64,000 nt of DNA from a bacterium. Lineage in GTDB: Bacteria > Krumholzibacteriota > Krumholzibacteriia > JACNKJ01. Location of the stretch: positions 98,453 to 162,452 of the forward strand of contig JAAEPZ010000591.1 in assembly GCA_024231955.1 (NCBI GenBank), given 5' to 3'. Under the pieces are notes generated by a model that was not told the DNA's origin, searched no databases, and was given only the letters and a program-made list of their open reading frames with translations. Positions 31,616-42,068 of the stretch are shown one piece after another (position 1 is the stretch's first letter; each line of letters opens with the position of its first letter). Both the position numbers and the translations under genes were made by a program.

Positions 31616-33421
31616 TCAGGCTTTGAGCAGCCCGCCCCGCTGGTAGATACCCAATTGTACCTCACTGCAGGGGAGCCCCTCGACGACGCTGCCGTCGGCG
31701 CGGGTGATCTTGCCCGTCGTCAGATCCACCTCGATCGTCTCGCCATCGGCGATGTCCGTCGCCAACAGGTCGGCCGACAGGATCGGCAGCCCCGCATTGA
31801 CGGCATTGCGCTCGTAGATCGCCCCGTAACTCTTGGCGACGATCATGGGCATGCCCAGCGAGGTGAAGCAGTCCACCGCCTGCTGCCGGCTGCTGCCAGC
31901 GCCGAAGTTGCCGCCCGTAACCAGAATATCCCCGGGCTCGACGCGGGTGGAGAAATCCTCCCAGCCCTCGAGGTTGTCCATGGCGTACTGACCCATCTCG
32001 GCGATGTCCGTGATCGTCAGGTAGCGGTTGTGGAAGATCATATCGGTGTCGATGTTGTCCTGCCGGATCACCCACACGCGCCCCTTGATCGTGGTCGGTT
32101 TGCCGCTGCCGCCGCTCACCTCGCCCCGCTTGGCGGCCGGAGTGGGGGCCGTGCCCATCTCAAACCTCTTCGGCTCGGCGGGGATCGCGTCTTCGCTGCA
32201 GACGAACCCGCTCACCGCGCTGGCGGCCACGGTCGCCGGGCTGGCAAGGTAGACCTCGCCCTTGCCCTGTTTGCCCGTGAAGTTGCGGTTGCCCGAGGAG
32301 ATGGTGACCTCGCCGGGGCCGTTCATGCCGATCTGTCCGGCGGCGCAACCCGCGCAACCGGCGTTGCCGATCAGGGCACCGGCCCCTTTGTAGATCTCGA
32401 TCAGCCCCTCATCGAGTGCCTGCTGCCAGACGGCATCGGTGCTGGGGACGATCTTGAGAACAACGCCAGGCGCAACCTTGCGGCCGGTGAGCACGCGGGC
32501 TGCGGCGCGGAGGTCGGTGATGCGACCATTGGTGCAGCTGCCGATGAAAGCCGAGTCGATCTTCCGTTCGGACAGACCGGCAATCGTTGCCGCATTGTCC
32601 GGGTTGCCCGGAAGCGCGACCATGGGGGCGAGTTCGTCGAGGTTGATCTCAACGGTTTTGGCGTAGGTGGCGTCCGCATCGGGATACACCGGCTCGAAGT
32701 CGACTCCGCCGTTGGTGCGACAGTATTCCAGCACCTTGTCGTTGGGCGGGAACAGGGCGATGATCGCACCCATCTCGGTGGCCATGGAGGCGATGGTCAC
32801 ACGCTCATCGACACCCAGAGTGTCGACATACTCGCCGTGGAACTCGGCTGCGTGGCTCAGCAGTCCGGCGGCGCCCAATTCGCCGAGAATCTTGAGTACG
32901 ATATCCTTGGCCGAGGCCATTTCACCGGGCTCGCCGGTGAGCACGACCTTGATGGTCGGCGGCAGTTTGAACCAGGTGCGGCCGAAGGCCCAGACGTGGG
33001 CCATGTCCACATCGCCCAGCCCCTGGCCGAAGGCGCCCACGGCACCGACGATGTTGGCGTGGCTGTCGGTGGAGACCATCGTGCAGCCGGGCACCACGAT
33101 CCCCGCTTCGAGCGTGGCGTGAGTGCCGATGCCGCGATCGATATCGTAGATCTCGATCCCCTCCTTGCGGGCATAGAGGCGGCAACGCTGCTGGTTCGCC
33201 GCGTATTTCTGATCACTGCCCGTAGGGTTGCAGTCGAAGGTGAAGAAGGTGCGGCTCGGGTCATCGAGACCGAGGCCGTTGTCCTCCATGTTCTTGACGA
33301 CATTGGCGCCGCCGAAATCGCGGGCGACGCGGACATCCACGCTCAGGTCAACAATGTCTCCGGGTTTGGCCTGGCCGCCGGAGTGTGCGCTGAGGATCTT
33401 TTCGATCAGAGTCTGGCCCAT
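31616..33421 (-). CDS. Fused LeuC-LeuD type aconitase-family hydratase (isopropylmalate/homoaconitate-like)
   Basis: TLIEKIL, STDSH, FIGSCTNGR, GCAGC, NRNF, YLASP large-subunit motifs; then NIDTD, NFGAGSSRQ, IYERNAVN small-subunit motifs. Confidence 0.88.
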   Translation of the reverse strand: MGQTLIEKILSAHSGGQAKPGDIVDLSVDVRVARDFGGANVVKNMEDNGLGLDDPSRTFFTFDCNPTGSDQKYAANQQRCRLYARKEGIEIYDIDRGIGTHATLEAGIVVPGCTMVSTDSHANIVGAVGAFGQGLGDVDMAHVWAFGRTWFKLPPTIKVVLTGEPGEMASAKDIVLKILGELGAAGLLSHAAEFHGEYVDTLGVDERVTIASMATEMGAIIALFPPNDKVLEYCRTNGGVDFEPVYPDADATYAKTVEINLDELAPMVALPGNPDNAATIAGLSERKIDSAFIGSCTNGRITDLRAAARVLTGRKVAPGVVLKIVPSTDAVWQQALDEGLIEIYKGAGALIGNAGCAGCAAGQIGMNGPGEVTISSGNRNFTGKQGKGEVYLASPATVAASAVSGFVCSEDAIPAEPKRFEMGTAPTPAAKRGEVSGGSGKPTTIKGRVWVIRQDNIDTDMIFHNRYLTITDIAEMGQYAMDNLEGWEDFSTRVEPGDILVTGGNFGAGSSRQQAVDCFTSLGMPMIVAKSYGAIYERNAVNAGLPILSADLLATDIADGETIEVDLTTGKITRADGSVVEGLPCSEVQLGIYQRGGLLKA

Positions 33422-33534
33422 GTCTTCTCCTGGGATCTCCCCATCTGAAGTTCGTGGTTGGCGATCCGCCGAAGGGCGGATCTTATGGGGCTACAATGAA
33501 AGAGATTTCCCGATGGGGGCAAGAGAAAACGGAG

Positions 33535-34113
33535 TCAGAATGGCCTGAAACCGCTGCGCATCACCAGCTCCGAGGCCTCCTGTTCGTAGTCTCGGGCGCC
33601 GGTGGCCTGGAGAGTGAATCCGTCGCAGATGGACTCGGCGTCCAACTGGGGGCAGCCGGCGCAGGCGCGGAGCTTGCGGTCGCTCCGCAGATGGAAGTAG
33701 ATGCGCCAGAACAGGAGGAGCGTTGTGAGGCTCGCAGCCCCGATCCAGGAGCTGCCGTCAAGCGCAACGGCGAGACTCAGAGGGGGGAGAGCTCCGGCCA
33801 GGAAGCGGAGGATGTCCCGCAAACCTCGGGGCAACCGTTTGTAGATTCCCGGAGCGGAGAGGGTCAAAAGGGGAATGAGGAGGCCGAGGAGCGGACCACC
33901 CGCCGGAATCGCCCTGCCGGCGGGGGGGACCGACAGGACGATTCCAACGATAATGCCCAACCAGGCGCAGACGCAGCTGCGGCAAAGGTGGATGTCGCCC
34001 AGGATCAGAACATCCTGAGCGAATCTTGAGCAGAGCGGCTTATGAGCCCAGTTGAAGCGCCAGGAGTGCTTGAGCCAGAGCATCTGCAACCGGATGCGTG
34101 TAGCGAGGCTCAT
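33535..34113 (-). CDS. Cys-rich membrane hypothetical protein
   Basis: HKPLC, LCRSC, four hydrophobic segments, CAGC...IC; 1 nt after the YbjQ-like stop. Confidence 0.6.
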   Translation of the reverse strand: MSLATRIRLQMLWLKHSWRFNWAHKPLCSRFAQDVLILGDIHLCRSCVCAWLGIIVGIVLSVPPAGRAIPAGGPLLGLLIPLLTLSAPGIYKRLPRGLRDILRFLAGALPPLSLAVALDGSSWIGAASLTTLLLFWRIYFHLRSDRKLRACAGCPQLDAESICDGFTLQATGARDYEQEASELVMRSGFRPF

Positions 34114-34114
34114 G

Positions 34115-34567
34115 CTATTTTTTCGCCACGGTGTCGATGTGCTCCTCTATGTCGGCGAGGATGTTGCCGATAGCGCCGACGGGCACGTAACCGATCACGG
34201 GACGGATTAAGACTGCCGTGCCGTGCACGACCACCTGGGAGGCCCCCTCCTTTGCCCCTGCGAGTGCGAACTCCACGTTGATGATGCCGTTGGCTTTCTG
34301 GCGCGCCGCCATGCCGATCATGCGGTCGATGGATTGCTGCCGCGATTCGTCGCCGAGGCGGGTGTAGGAGTCCAGTTCGCCGCCGGTCATCTGCTTGCAG
34401 TTCATGGCGCAGTCCTGCCCCATGTCCTTGGCGCGGACGGAGATACCCCAGACCATCCCCTTGTATTCCATGATTTCATAACCGTCGAAACCATCGGCGC
34501 CGGAGAGGATAATCCGACCACCGGTTATCTCAGGTCTGGTTCCCGCAAGCAGATCGTCCCGTTTCAT
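34115..34567 (-). CDS. YbjQ/heavy-metal-binding domain protein
   Basis: GYEIMEYKGMVWG, GGELDSY, ANGIINV, HGTAV motifs. Confidence 0.8.
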   Translation of the reverse strand: MKRDDLLAGTRPEITGGRIILSGADGFDGYEIMEYKGMVWGISVRAKDMGQDCAMNCKQMTGGELDSYTRLGDESRQQSIDRMIGMAARQKANGIINVEFALAGAKEGASQVVVHGTAVLIRPVIGYVPVGAIGNILADIEEHIDTVAKK

Positions 34568-34580
34568 ATCAATCTCCTGT

Positions 34581-34769
34581 TCAGGCTTCCTGTTTCAGCT
34601 CGACGCCGCACATTCCGCAGTACTTGGCATTCAGGTATTCGGTCGAGATACGTTCGCCGCACTGGGGGCAGCGGTAGCGTCTGCGGGACATGAAGGCGAA
34701 GAAGAAGAGCAGGATCGCCAGTCCCAATGTGAATAAACCGCCTACGATATAGAGAACCAACACCCACAT
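34581..34769 (-). CDS. Small membrane-anchored double zinc-ribbon protein
   Basis: N-terminal TM, CPQCG and CGMCG; AAGGAG RBS. Confidence 0.7.
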   Translation of the reverse strand: MWVLVLYIVGGLFTLGLAILLFFFAFMSRRRYRCPQCGERISTEYLNAKYCGMCGVELKQEA

Positions 34770-35007
34770 GTCGTCTCCTTACTGTCATCAGTCTGGAATA
34801 TTGCCACGGCTCCTCTACCCGGAAGTGATTGATCTATTCAGAGGGGATAAACAGATATCGATGATCGTACGGGAAGAATCCTGTCGCATTTCCGCGTCAT
34901 GTTGAATATTCTGAACGGAAACCAAAACTATACGTCAACGTTAGCGGAGGTCATTGTCGGCGATTCGGTCGGGGATGCGATTTGAGGGATTCGGAAAGGA
35001 GTTCGGT

Positions 35008-35766
35008 ATGTCGAAGTGGGGCGCAGGCATGGGTGGCTTGTTCGGCTTTTGGGTCGGTGGACCGCTTGGGGCGATAATCGGTGCGGTGGTGGGGAGCTCC
35101 TTCGGCAACAATGGCGAGGCTGCCGGAGCCGGTGTCGGGCGGCAACCGGGGCAGAGCGGCAAGCATCACGCCGTATTCATGGCCACGGTCTTCGCGATGT
35201 TCGGCAAACTGGCCAAGGCCGACGGCAACGTATCCCGCGAAGAGGTCGCGGCGGTGGATGAATTCATCAGCCGCCATCTCAATCTGAATCCCGAGCAGCG
35301 CCGCTTCGCCATAGGCGTCTTCAATGAGGCCAAGGACAACGACACACCCATCGAGGCCTATGCGCGTCAGTTCGCCCAGGTTTACCGCCATGATCATCAG
35401 CTGCGCGAGGCGGTCTACCGGATGATGGTGATGCTCGCCCAGTCCGACGGCGCCATCCACCCCAAAGAGCGGGATATCCTGAAGAGTCTGCCCTATGCAC
35501 TCGGTCTCGATGCCGGGATCTACGAATCTCTCGTCGCCCAGCAGCATGGCGATCTGAAGGGGTTCTACGATCTGCTGGAGGTCTCGCCCGAAGCCAGCGA
35601 TACCGAGGTCAAGAGGGCCTATCACAAGAAGACCGTTGAACATCATCCCGACAAACTGGTGTCCAAGGGGCTGCCCGACAGCTTCATGAAATATGCCGAC
35701 GAGCAGATGAAGCTGATCAACAATGCCTACGACGAGATCATGAAGGCTCGGGAGACTCGCCACTAG
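35008..35766 (+). CDS. djlA: DjlA co-chaperone (TM, TerB-like, J domain)
   Basis: Gly-rich N-terminal TM, AKADG.VS..E, HPDK J-motif, INNAY; AAGGAG RBS before ATG 35008. Confidence 0.88.
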   Translation: MSKWGAGMGGLFGFWVGGPLGAIIGAVVGSSFGNNGEAAGAGVGRQPGQSGKHHAVFMATVFAMFGKLAKADGNVSREEVAAVDEFISRHLNLNPEQRRFAIGVFNEAKDNDTPIEAYARQFAQVYRHDHQLREAVYRMMVMLAQSDGAIHPKERDILKSLPYALGLDAGIYESLVAQQHGDLKGFYDLLEVSPEASDTEVKRAYHKKTVEHHPDKLVSKGLPDSFMKYADEQMKLINNAYDEIMKARETRH

Positions 35767-35957
35767 GGGACGCCTGACGGCAGGATGGGGCTTGATTTCC
35801 CGAGGGATCTCTGAGAATATGCCCAGTTGATCGATCTTCCGTCCGGAGTCCGTCGGACTCCGTGCGCATCTGTTGCCATCCGGTCAATTCAGAAACAATC
35901 AGGTAGAGACACGGGGCCTCGATGGGCCTGCGTGAGTCCAAGCAGGGGATGATAAAG

Positions 35958-38900
35958 ATGAGTTCCGTCCAGGATAGCCAAGCCCAGGATCGTTACCAGA
36001 TCAAACACCAGATTCGGGTGGTCACCGCCACCAGCCTGTTCGATGGCCACGATGCCGCCATCAACATCATGCGGCGCATGATCCAGGCGGGGGGAGCCGA
36101 GGTTATCCACCTCGGGCACAATCGATCCGTGGCCGAGATCGTTGAGGCGGCCATCGAGGAGGATGCTCAGGCAATCGCCGTCTCCTCCTATCAGGGTGGG
36201 CACAACGAGTTCTTCAAGTACATGCGCGACATGCTGGTCGAGAGGGGCGCGGAGCATATCCGTATCTTCGGCGGCGGCGGCGGCGTGATCCGCCCCGACG
36301 AGATCAAGGATCTGGAGGGGTACGGCATCGAGCGGCTCTACGACCCCGAGCACGGCCGCAAGATGGGGCTGACCGGCATCATCGACGATCTGCTCGAACG
36401 GAGCGACTACCTCACCGTTCAGGTGCCCGGCGGCGGCAAGGGCGAGCGCAAGGGCGCGGCCCTCCCCACTGTCGCCAAGGTGAGTGTCGACGATCATGCC
36501 GCGGTTGCGCGTCTGATCACGCTGGCGGAGATGGGGGGCGACGCCTGGGATCTGGTGGCTGACAAGATCGGCACGCTGGCCAAGCGGAACAACGCACCGG
36601 TGATAGGCGTCACCGGCACCGGCGGCAGCGGCAAGAGCTCGCTGCTCGACGAACTGGTCCGCCGTTTCCGCTTCAGTAACCCCGACAAGAGGGTGGCGCT
36701 GCTCTCCGCCGATCCATCAAAACGACGCACCGGCGGCGCATTGCTGGGCGACCGGATCCGGATGAACGCCATCGAGGGCGAGCAGGTGTACATGCGCTCG
36801 CTGGCGACGCGTGACAGCCGCACCGAGTTGCCCGTGACCATCGAGTCGGCCATCGCGGTGACCCGGGCGGCGGGCTTCGACATGATCTTCGTCGAGACCA
36901 GCGGCATCGGGCAGGGGGATACCGAGGTGGTGGACATCTCGAACGTCTCGCTCTACGTGATGACCTCGGAGTTCGGCGCTCCGACCCAACTCGAAAAGAT
37001 CGACATGATCGACTACGCCGACCTGATCGCGATCAACAAGTACGAGCGCAAGGGGAGCGAGGATGCGCTGCGCGATGTGCGGCGGCAGATGCGCCGTTCG
37101 CACGAGGACTTCAGCGTCGAGTTGGAGGAGCTGCCGATCTACGGCACCATCGCGAGCAAGTTCAATGACGAGGGCGTCAACGGTCTCTACGCCGGATTGA
37201 TTGATGTCATCGCCGCCAAATGCGGCGTCGAATTCAAGTGCGACATTCCGGTCGGCCGGATCTCCCGCACGTCCAGCAGCAAGTCGATCATACCGTCCGA
37301 GCGCACCCGCTACCTGGGTGAGATCGCCGACGCCGTGCGCGGCTACAAGCATCGCGCCCACGAGCGGGCCGAGGTGGCGCGCAAGCTGCAGCATCTGCGC
37401 ACCGCGCAGGCCGAATTGGAGAGCGCGGGGGCCGGCTCGACCCATCTGGTCGACCGGATCGAGGCGCTGGAGCGGGAGTTGGGCGACGAGTCGCTGCAGC
37501 TGCTCGCCGGTTGGGACGACCTGCACGTCGCCTACCGGGGGGATACGTTCAGCTACGTCGTTCGCGGCAAGGAGTTCAAGGTCGATCTCACGACCGAGAC
37601 GCTGTCGGGCACCAGAATCCCGAAGGTGATCGTGCCGCAACTGCACGACCACGGCGACCGCCTCGAGTATCTGATGCTGGAGAATGTCCCCGGGTGCTTC
37701 CCCTACACCGCCGGGGTGTTCCCCTTCAAGCGGCAGGGTGAGGATCCCAAGCGGCAGTTCGCGGGCGAGGGCGGTCCGGTGAAAACCAATACCCGTTTCC
37801 ACTACCTCTGCCGCGCCGACGACGCCAAGCGGCTCTCGACCGCTTTTGATTCGGTGACGCTCTACGGGCAGGATCCGGACGAACGCCCGGACATCCACGG
37901 CAAGGTGGGGGATTCCGGCGTCTCGATCTGTTCGCTGGAGGACATCAAGAAACTCTACGCCGGGTTCGACCTGTGCGCGCCGAGCACATCGGTGTCTATG
38001 ACGGTCAATGGCCCCGCGCCGATGATGCTGGCCTTCTTCCTCAACTCGGCCATCGATCAGCAGGTGGAGTTCTTCAAGGAGAGAGAGGGGCGCGAGCCCG
38101 CAGCCGCCGAGTATGAGGAGATTCGAGTTCGCACTCTGAGCACGGTGCGCGGCACGGTGCAGGCCGATATCCTGAAAGAGGATCAGGCGCAGAATACCTG
38201 CATCTTCTCGACCGATTTTGCGCTGCGGATGATGGGTGACATCCAGGAGTACTTCATCGCAAACAATGTGAAGAACTACTACTCGGTATCGATCTCCGGC
38301 TACCACATCGCCGAAGCTGGGGCCAACCCGATCACCCAGACTGCGCTGACGCTGGCCAACGGCTTCACCTTCGTCGAATACTATCTTTCGCGTGGGCTCA
38401 AGATCGACGACTTCGCGCCGAGTCTGTCCTATTTCTTCTCCAACGGCATGGATGCGGAGTATACCGTGATCGGACGTGTGGCGCGGCGAATCTGGTCCAT
38501 CGCCATGCGCGATCTCTACAGCGGCAACGACCGCAGTCAGAAGCTGAAGTATCACATCCAGACCTCCGGCCGCTCGCTGCATGCTCAGGAGATGGACTTC
38601 AACGATATCCGCACCACGCTGCAGGCGCTGCTGGCGTTCTACGACAACTGCAATTCGCTGCACACCAACTCCTACGACGAGGCGATCACCACACCCACCG
38701 AGGAGTCGGTGCGGCGGGCGATGGCGATTCAGATGATCACGCTGAAGGAGTTCGGTTTGACGAAGAACGAGCATCCCTGGCAGGGGTCGTACATCGCCGA
38801 AGAGCTGACCGAACTGGTGGAGGAGGCGATCCTGAGCGAGTTCGAGCGGCTGAGCGAGCGGGGCGGCGTGCTGGGCGCGATGGAGACGCAGTATCAGCGC

Positions 38901-39251
38901 GGCAAGATCCAGGACGAGTCGATGGTGTACGAGCATCGCAAGCATACGGGCGAATTGCCGATCATCGGGGTGAACACCTACCTCAAGGAGGGGGACGATG
39001 ATCTCATCGCCGCCGACATCGAATTGAGGCGGGCCACTCCCGAGGAGAAGGCCGAGCAGATCGCCAACCTGCGCGCCATGCAGAAGCGCAACACCGAGAA
39101 GACCGAGGAGACCCTGGGCAAGTTGAAGAGGGTGGCGCTCGAAGGCGGCAACATCTTCGAGCAGATGATGGAGACCGCGCGCTACGCATCGCTGGCCGAG
39201 ATCTCCAACGCCCTCTACGAGGTGGGCGGGCAGTATCGCCGCAACATGTAG
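35958..39251 (+). CDS. icmF: Fused isobutyryl-CoA mutase/MeaI GTPase
   Basis: N-terminal B12-binding [14 protein letters not shown]-loop, NKYE; mutase domain with RQFAGEG (Phe specificity position), [18 protein letters not shown]; start approximate. Confidence 0.93.
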   Translation: MSSVQDSQAQDRYQIKHQIRVVTATSLFDGHDAAINIMRRMIQAGGAEVIHLGHNRSVAEIVEAAIEEDAQAIAVSSYQGGHNEFFKYMRDMLVERGAEHIRIFGGGGGVIRPDEIKDLEGYGIERLYDPEHGRKMGLTGIIDDLLERSDYLTVQVPGGGKGERKGAALPTVAKVSVDDHAAVARLITLAEMGGDAWDLVADKIGTLAKRNNAPVIGVTGTGGSGKSSLLDELVRRFRFSNPDKRVALLSADPSKRRTGGALLGDRIRMNAIEGEQVYMRSLATRDSRTELPVTIESAIAVTRAAGFDMIFVETSGIGQGDTEVVDISNVSLYVMTSEFGAPTQLEKIDMIDYADLIAINKYERKGSEDALRDVRRQMRRSHEDFSVELEELPIYGTIASKFNDEGVNGLYAGLIDVIAAKCGVEFKCDIPVGRISRTSSSKSIIPSERTRYLGEIADAVRGYKHRAHERAEVARKLQHLRTAQAELESAGAGSTHLVDRIEALERELGDESLQLLAGWDDLHVAYRGDTFSYVVRGKEFKVDLTTETLSGTRIPKVIVPQLHDHGDRLEYLMLENVPGCFPYTAGVFPFKRQGEDPKRQFAGEGGPVKTNTRFHYLCRADDAKRLSTAFDSVTLYGQDPDERPDIHGKVGDSGVSICSLEDIKKLYAGFDLCAPSTSVSMTVNGPAPMMLAFFLNSAIDQQVEFFKEREGREPAAAEYEEIRVRTLSTVRGTVQADILKEDQAQNTCIFSTDFALRMMGDIQEYFIANNVKNYYSVSISGYHIAEAGANPITQTALTLANGFTFVEYYLSRGLKIDDFAPSLSYFFSNGMDAEYTVIGRVARRIWSIAMRDLYSGNDRSQKLKYHIQTSGRSLHAQEMDFNDIRTTLQALLAFYDNCNSLHTNSYDEAITTPTEESVRRAMAIQMITLKEFGLTKNEHPWQGSYIAEELTELVEEAILSEFERLSERGGVLGAMETQYQRGKIQDESMVYEHRKHTGELPIIGVNTYLKEGDDDLIAADIELRRATPEEKAEQIANLRAMQKRNTEKTEETLGKLKRVALEGGNIFEQMMETARYASLAEISNALYEVGGQYRRNM

Positions 39252-39274
39252 ATCGCGGGCGATCGTTGATTATT

Positions 39275-39303
39275 GACCCCGGCTCTTTCGAGTCGGGGTT
39301 TTT
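39275..39303 (+). terminator. Rho-independent terminator
   Basis: GACCCCGGCTC-TTTC-GAGTCGGGGTT followed by TTT. Confidence 0.85.
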
Positions 39304-39587
39304 CTTCGCATCCGTTCTGGGAGATAACTGATTCATGAGCCTGGCACGTATTGCCGATTGTTGACATGGGCCATGTCGATATGGTCAAATTATCCGTCAT
39401 TACGCTATTGGCGACCGATTGATCCCTCCCGGTTAATCAATGATCCCAATAATGATGCCGCTGCGGACTCCAGGAATCGCGGTGCGGTTCTCGTGCTCGT
39501 ACCCGGTATTGATCTACCGCCGAACGATACAGCTCCATACATTCGCTCGGAGGTTTTCGAATATATGACTCAGACAGGAGCGCACCC

Positions 39588-40748
39588 GTGAAACCGACAC
39601 AAACGCCAGCACAGCAGCCCACCGATGATCTTGTGGACCGGATACCGGCGGGGATATACCAGGCCGACGAGCAGGGCTTCGTTTCCTATTGCAATCCCCG
39701 AGCGGCCTTGATATTGGGCTACAATCACCCGCGTGAACTGATCGGAAAGAAACTCAAGAGCTTATATGTGGATCCCAGTGACCGTGACAAATTGCTCGGC
39801 ATCATGGAGGTCGCCAAAGAGAAGGGATCGGAGAATTTCCGCATCAGGATGAAGAAGCCGTCGGGCGATGTCGTCGTGATCAGCGTCAATTCTCAGTACA
39901 GAGACTCGGGTGGAGCGGTCGAGGGCACATTTACCGATGTCACTGAACTGGCCAATTATGAAAGTCTGTTCGAGGATCTGCCGGCCGGCGTCTACCAGCT
40001 TGATGATGAACTGAACATCATCAAGTGTAATCCCGGATTCGAAAAGGTGTTCGGATATGAACCGGGGACACTCACCGGAGAGCCCGCCTCCAAGCTCTAT
40101 CTGGATGTTAACGATATGTACAGATTGAACGATGAACTCAAGGGGCGACTGGGATCCGGGCAGCAGGAGATCAGATCCCGGGTGATCGAGATGAAAAAAG
40201 AGAATGGGGACAGTGTCTGGATCTCATTGACGACCCATCTCAGACTGGATGGTAACGGGCAGGTGGTCGGCAGAGAGGGGACAGTCATTGAGACCACGCT
40301 GGAGGAGGCCAAAAAGAGGAAACAGATCTGTGGACATTGCTACGTTGCCGTGCCGTATCGACAGGAATTTCATGCGATCCATGACAAGATACTCAAACCG
40401 CTGGCTGCACAACACAAGTATATGGCTCAGAAAGCCGATTCCAAGATGGTTTTCACGGAATCCATGCGGACTAAAATGTACGGCATGATCCGCAACGCCG
40501 ACTTTGTGATCGGGGATATGACCGGCGACAATCCCAATGTGATGTACGAACTGGGGCTGGCGCACGCATTCGGCAAACCGGTGATTATGATCTCTCAGGA
40601 TAATGAAATCCCGGTCAACGTCAGGGAATATGAATTCATACACTACCAGGATACTCTTGCTGGTCTGGACCTGTTCAAGAAGAACCTGTCCCGGGCTATA
40701 CTGCATGTACATGAAGAGTTGATGGCGCAGGAGGCGAAGCGGGAGTGA
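39588..40748 (+). CDS. PAS-PAS protein with C-terminal nucleoside 2-deoxyribosyltransferase/TIR-like domain
   Basis: Two PAS/PAC repeats (PAGIYQ..CNP; PAGVYQ..CNP); C-terminal CYVAVPY...ADFVIGDMTGDNPNVMYELGLAHAFGKPVIMI; AGGAG RBS before GTG. Confidence 0.8.
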   Translation: MKPTQTPAQQPTDDLVDRIPAGIYQADEQGFVSYCNPRAALILGYNHPRELIGKKLKSLYVDPSDRDKLLGIMEVAKEKGSENFRIRMKKPSGDVVVISVNSQYRDSGGAVEGTFTDVTELANYESLFEDLPAGVYQLDDELNIIKCNPGFEKVFGYEPGTLTGEPASKLYLDVNDMYRLNDELKGRLGSGQQEIRSRVIEMKKENGDSVWISLTTHLRLDGNGQVVGREGTVIETTLEEAKKRKQICGHCYVAVPYRQEFHAIHDKILKPLAAQHKYMAQKADSKMVFTESMRTKMYGMIRNADFVIGDMTGDNPNVMYELGLAHAFGKPVIMISQDNEIPVNVREYEFIHYQDTLAGLDLFKKNLSRAILHVHEELMAQEAKRE

Positions 40749-40869
40749 ACCCGAAGGCTCATCCGTTAGGTGGATCGCAATCGCATTCAACGGGAGCCGT
40801 ATTTTGGTGAATTCGGATAATTCACCTGTTGCCTTGCGAGTGATCTCCCCCGAAAGGTTGGTCCGGGAC

Positions 40870-41190
40870 ATGCGGAAGATACTCGTCGAAACCGAGCGGC
40901 TGCTGATCAGACGTCCCGAAGAGGGGGGTCGCCGCTGCTATGAGCGGCTCTTCTGCGACCCGGTCATGATGCGCCATCTCGGAAGCGTCTGGCCCTCCGA
41001 GCAGGTTCAGGAGGCGCTCGCCGAGTGGCGCGAGGTCTGGGGCAGCGACAACCGCTGGTACGGTACCCTCCTGCTGAAGGACACGCTGGAGCCGATCGGC
41101 GCTGCCGGGATACGAAACTCAGGTCCTGTGGGAGATGACCTCGGAGCAAAGTCAGCGGGGGCAGAACCGCGTTGTGAGGTCATCAGATGA
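40870..41190 (+). pseudogene. Truncated RimJ/RimL-type GNAT acetyltransferase
   Basis: ETERLLIR...DPVMMRHLG...EPIGAAGI typical N-half; resemblance ends near 41110, before the acetyl-CoA motif. Confidence 0.6.
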
Positions 41191-41230
41191 GAATGGAGAG
41201 ATAGAGAACTCATCCCAGCGGTGAACTTGT

Positions 41231-41338
41231 GGACTGTCTAACCTGATCGGCAACACACCTCTTCTCGCTATCCAATTTCTACTCAGTTCCCGGTGCGCGA
41301 GGTCTTTATGGGCAAAGATCCTCGGCACATTTAACTGA
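41231..41338 (+). pseudogene. Decayed cysteine-synthase-like (fold-type II PLP) N-terminal fragment
   Basis: GLSNLIGNTPLLAIQF...LWAK, flanked by in-frame stops and with no start codon. Confidence 0.5.
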
Positions 41339-41519
41339 TAACGAATTTTGCTCGAACTCGAACGGCTATAGCGGCCTATAGAGCTACTGACACACGTAAC
41401 CAAATCCCATATTGGGCCCGATTTGAGAATCCACAATCATTGGAGCAGAATCAACTAGCCATACTGCGCATGAAAATCGTAGACATAGTAGATTCGCCTA
41501 TATGGATTGAGAGGTTCTT

Positions 41520-42068
41520 ATGTCCAGGAGAATGATTGCCTGTGCCGCTCTGGCCGCCATCGGCATCGCGTTCGGTTGTGTCTCCCTGCTCGTATATCTG
41601 TCCAATGGTCATCCCCGACTCATCGCCCGCAAACTCAAATTGGGCGCAATCATCCTGTCGCTGACGGCCATGCTCGGCACCGCCTGCACCACGCCATCCC
41701 GGGTCACATGCTACATGCCTGCACCGCCGGATAGAGTTGCCGTCGATCCGGATGCCTTCGTCGACAACGTGATCTGGCTCGTTCTGGCGGAGAGCAATGA
41801 GATCGCGGGGACGATTCTGGATCGCGACTCGAGCGAGTTCTCCTTTTGCTTGATCGATGCTGAGGTGTCGGTGATTCAGGAGGGGGAGCTTGCGGCGCAA
41901 GATGGAGCAATGGACGAAGCGGAGGAGGAGTTCACGATCGTTATCGATCCCGGTACGCCGGTGGGTGGTTATGCCCTCCGTTTCTACTCCGTCCCAATGG
42001 CTGAAATCGTCATTGGCAATTACATCGCGGAGTTCCCGGTCGAGATCCGTGAGACGTCCGGAAGATGA
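41520..42068 (+). CDS. Membrane/lipoprotein-like protein with VTCY motif, coupled to a radical SAM gene
   Basis: Two N-terminal hydrophobic segments, KLKLG, LGTAC lipobox-like, VTCYMP, acidic beta-rich C-domain; ATGA overlap with the rSAM gene. Confidence 0.7.
   Translation: MSRRMIACAALAAIGIAFGCVSLLVYLSNGHPRLIARKLKLGAIILSLTAMLGTACTTPSRVTCYMPAPPDRVAVDPDAFVDNVIWLVLAESNEIAGTILDRDSSEFSFCLIDAEVSVIQEGELAAQDGAMDEAEEEFTIVIDPGTPVGGYALRFYSVPMAEIVIGNYIAEFPVEIRETSGR

Noticed and set aside
35767..35957. Cobalamin riboswitch upstream of icmF
   Set aside because: Only a simple hairpin (CGGAGTCCG-T-CGGACTCCG, 35844-35862); no B12-box or other conserved elements recognised.
39358..39591. 77-aa ORF overlapping the start of the PAS-NDT gene
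   Set aside because: No RBS or motif; it overlaps the probable promoter region.
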